Source of the DNA: Basidiobolus meristosporus CBS 931.73
Lineage: Eukaryota; Fungi; Basidiobolomycota
DNA length: 64,000 nt
Direction: 5' to 3'
Assembly: GCA_002104905.1 (NCBI GenBank)
Contig: MCFE01000145.1
Span: forward strand, 90,755 to 154,754
Both the position numbers and the translations under genes were made by a program. This document shows positions 62,245 to 64,000 of this stretch, piece by piece. The notes beneath the pieces were generated by a model. The model searched no databases. It saw only the letters and a list, made by a program, of their open reading frames with translations, and was not told where the DNA came from. Numbering within the stretch: position 1 is the first letter of the stretch; each line of letters begins with the position of its first letter.

Positions 62245-62580
62245 TCAGTTGAAACAAAGAAGCCAGCACTACTGTTGTAGCATTGACAAAAGAGTGTATA
62301 GCTGAGGGGAGCTGTTAAATAAGTTAACAAGTCAAGATGGTAGCTCTTCAGTGCTGAAAACACTGCTCAGTGGGAAGGGAGGGTAGCAAGAGGGGTAAGA
62401 ATGACTTGTTGACAACATTGATAAGGGGAACATTATATGGATTGATACTCATCACAAAGGGGGTGTGCTGCTTTGGATATTACTGACAAAGGTCTGTCAA
62501 GTATTTTAAGTAAGATAGCTTGAGCTTTTCTAACTGTATAATATAATTAGCAAACTTCTTGACATCTGGATCTCCAAGTA
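62245..62580 (-). mobile_element. Probable non-LTR retrotransposon 3' fragment, cut by a CACTA end
   Basis: Near-duplicate of 63414-63730. Confidence 0.4.
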
Positions 62581-63230
62581 CCCTATGAAGAATAACTTGA
62601 TCCTGCAGGTACAACCAATCTAGATCTACTGTCAGGATCCCACAGTGAGACCGTTATAATGCCAGCAGCTTAGTGTTGCAATATTCTGAGTTGTATTGGA
62701 AGTGATGTGGAGAACTAGAGGACCTACATGTTATTCACTTGTAGATTTATTGATCAGAAGTATAGTAGTTATACTTTTGATAAAGTAGAGCAAACAAAAG
62801 TGTAGAGTTTGTTAAGGAAGGTCCCAAGAATATGTGTACAAAGTTTGGGGGCTTTTGGACAGCTTTGCAAAAAATCATATTCTGGGTACCTAATAATTTG
62901 GTGAATGTATTTTGAGTAAATCCCAACAAGAAATTTGGTCAGGACAGAATGCTAATCAAAGAATAGGATCTATGTGACTAAGTCAGCATGAATATCTAGG
63001 TGACAACATAATAATTACAGCACTTGTGATTATTGACCCTCTACATAATATTATGATGCAATTGAAATGGCATTTTGCTGATTTTACTGTCAAATAAAGT
63101 TGAATACTTGATGGTGTTTGAGCAGTCTTTTGATAAGAATTGCATGTCCTTCTGGTGGTCTTAATGCACTCTACAATTATTTGAGCAGACTGTTGAGCAT
63201 CAACATTTAAAATTTAGCCAATTTCACTCT
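62581..63230. mobile_element. CACTA terminal fragment
   Basis: CCCTATGAAGAATAACTTGATCC at 62581; the subterminal sequence resumes at 63023. Confidence 0.7.
62674..63022 (-). mobile_element. Solo Copia LTR (subfamily as at 201-544)
   Basis: TGTTGCA...TTACAGCA ends; flanks cttag/cttgt. Confidence 0.8.
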
Positions 63231-63413
63231 GTTAGAAAATCTAGTACCCTAACTGATTTTCTCTAACCCAAACATAACTAATCCCTGTTATGTTTTATTT
63301 TATCACTTCTCAGTCTCTATTTTTAGCTGCCACACCTGATCAATTTTCAAGTGGTCATTATGTCCTCAACTGATTTAGGGGGGAGACAGTCACCAACAGG
63401 TGAAATCTTTATT

Positions 63414-64000
63414 TCAGTTGAAACAAAGAAGCCAGCGCTACTGTTGTAGCTTTGATACAAGAGTGTGTAGCTGAGGGGAATTTGTAGGCAAGTTAATAAG
63501 AAGTGATGATAGTTCTTCAGTGCTCAAGACACTGTTCAGTGGGAAGGGGGGTAGCAAGAGAGGTAAGAATGACTTGTGAACAACATTAATGAGGGGAATG
63601 TGATAAGGATTGATATTCATCATAAAGGGAGTGTGCTGCTGCAGATATTGCTGCCAAAGGTCTGTCAAGTACTTCAGGTAGGCCAGCTTGGGTTTTTCTG
63701 ACTGCAGAATATAGTGAGCAAACTTCTTGACTTCAGGATCTCCAAGTATAGTTCTCCAGCAGGAGCCAGGTGTTGTGTGGTGTGTTCTCTTCCAGGCCTT
63801 AATCAGTGGGTTGTTGCAGTGGTGAAGTCTGAGATATAATCTGGTTCTAAGGTAGAGAAGTCTGATCTTATAGGGCATAAACCCAAAAGCACCAAGAATA
63901 GCATGTCTGTAGGGGCATTCAGGCAAATGAGGCACCAAGGAGGTAATGCACCATACTGCAAACTTGTCAAGCTTAGTGCAGTCTCTAGAAGTAAGAGAGA
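63414..64000 (-). mobile_element. Probable non-LTR retrotransposon, region downstream of RT
   Basis: Frame reads DCTKLDKF..HAILGAFGFMPYKIRLLYLRTRLYLRL, resembling post-RT sequence; AAATAAAG at the 3' end. No RT core in the window. Confidence 0.4.

Larger units (their letters stand above)
57035..62245 (-). mobile_element. Older Copia 3' end (RNase H 62072-62245; 3' LTR split into 61971-62071 and 57035-57280)
   Basis: HHFICEAIE..ADIFIKQLARDKLEYLR; the LTR sequence is continuous across the young element. Confidence 0.8.

Overview
Eukaryotic DNA, most likely from an early-diverging (non-Dikarya) fungus; this is inferred from ~55-95 nt GT-AG introns, fungal-type genes and an animal-like FANCE gene. 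The window has three zones. (1) ~1-35,480: an AT-rich, almost CpG-free block of nested, decayed transposons: Ty3/Gypsy and Ty1/Copia LTR elements and solo LTRs, CACTA/EnSpm-type elements with CCCTATG termini, and a PHIS (IS5/Harbinger-like, DDE_Tnp_4) family with AGACTTGTTC TIRs, AAT target duplications and a MITE derivative. (2) ~35,500-56,500: a CpG-intact gene island with seven recognisable genes: ERF4/Golgin-A7, an Unc13-like MUN+C2 protein, a FANCE homolog, 5-formyl-THF cyclo-ligase, a Diaphanous-type formin, catechol O-methyltransferase and a secreted Shewanella-like phosphatase. (3) ~56,500-64,000: a second TE block with a young, nearly intact Copia (57,281-61,965; perfect GTAAA TSD; one nonsense codon) inserted in the LTR of an older relative. 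The most novel-looking items are the complete multi-gene PHIS element (21,290-25,759) with an unrecognised partner ORF and a possible cryptic third ORF, the FANCE homolog, and the internal record of CpG decay at the TE/gene boundary. All calls come from manual reading; no database searches were run.
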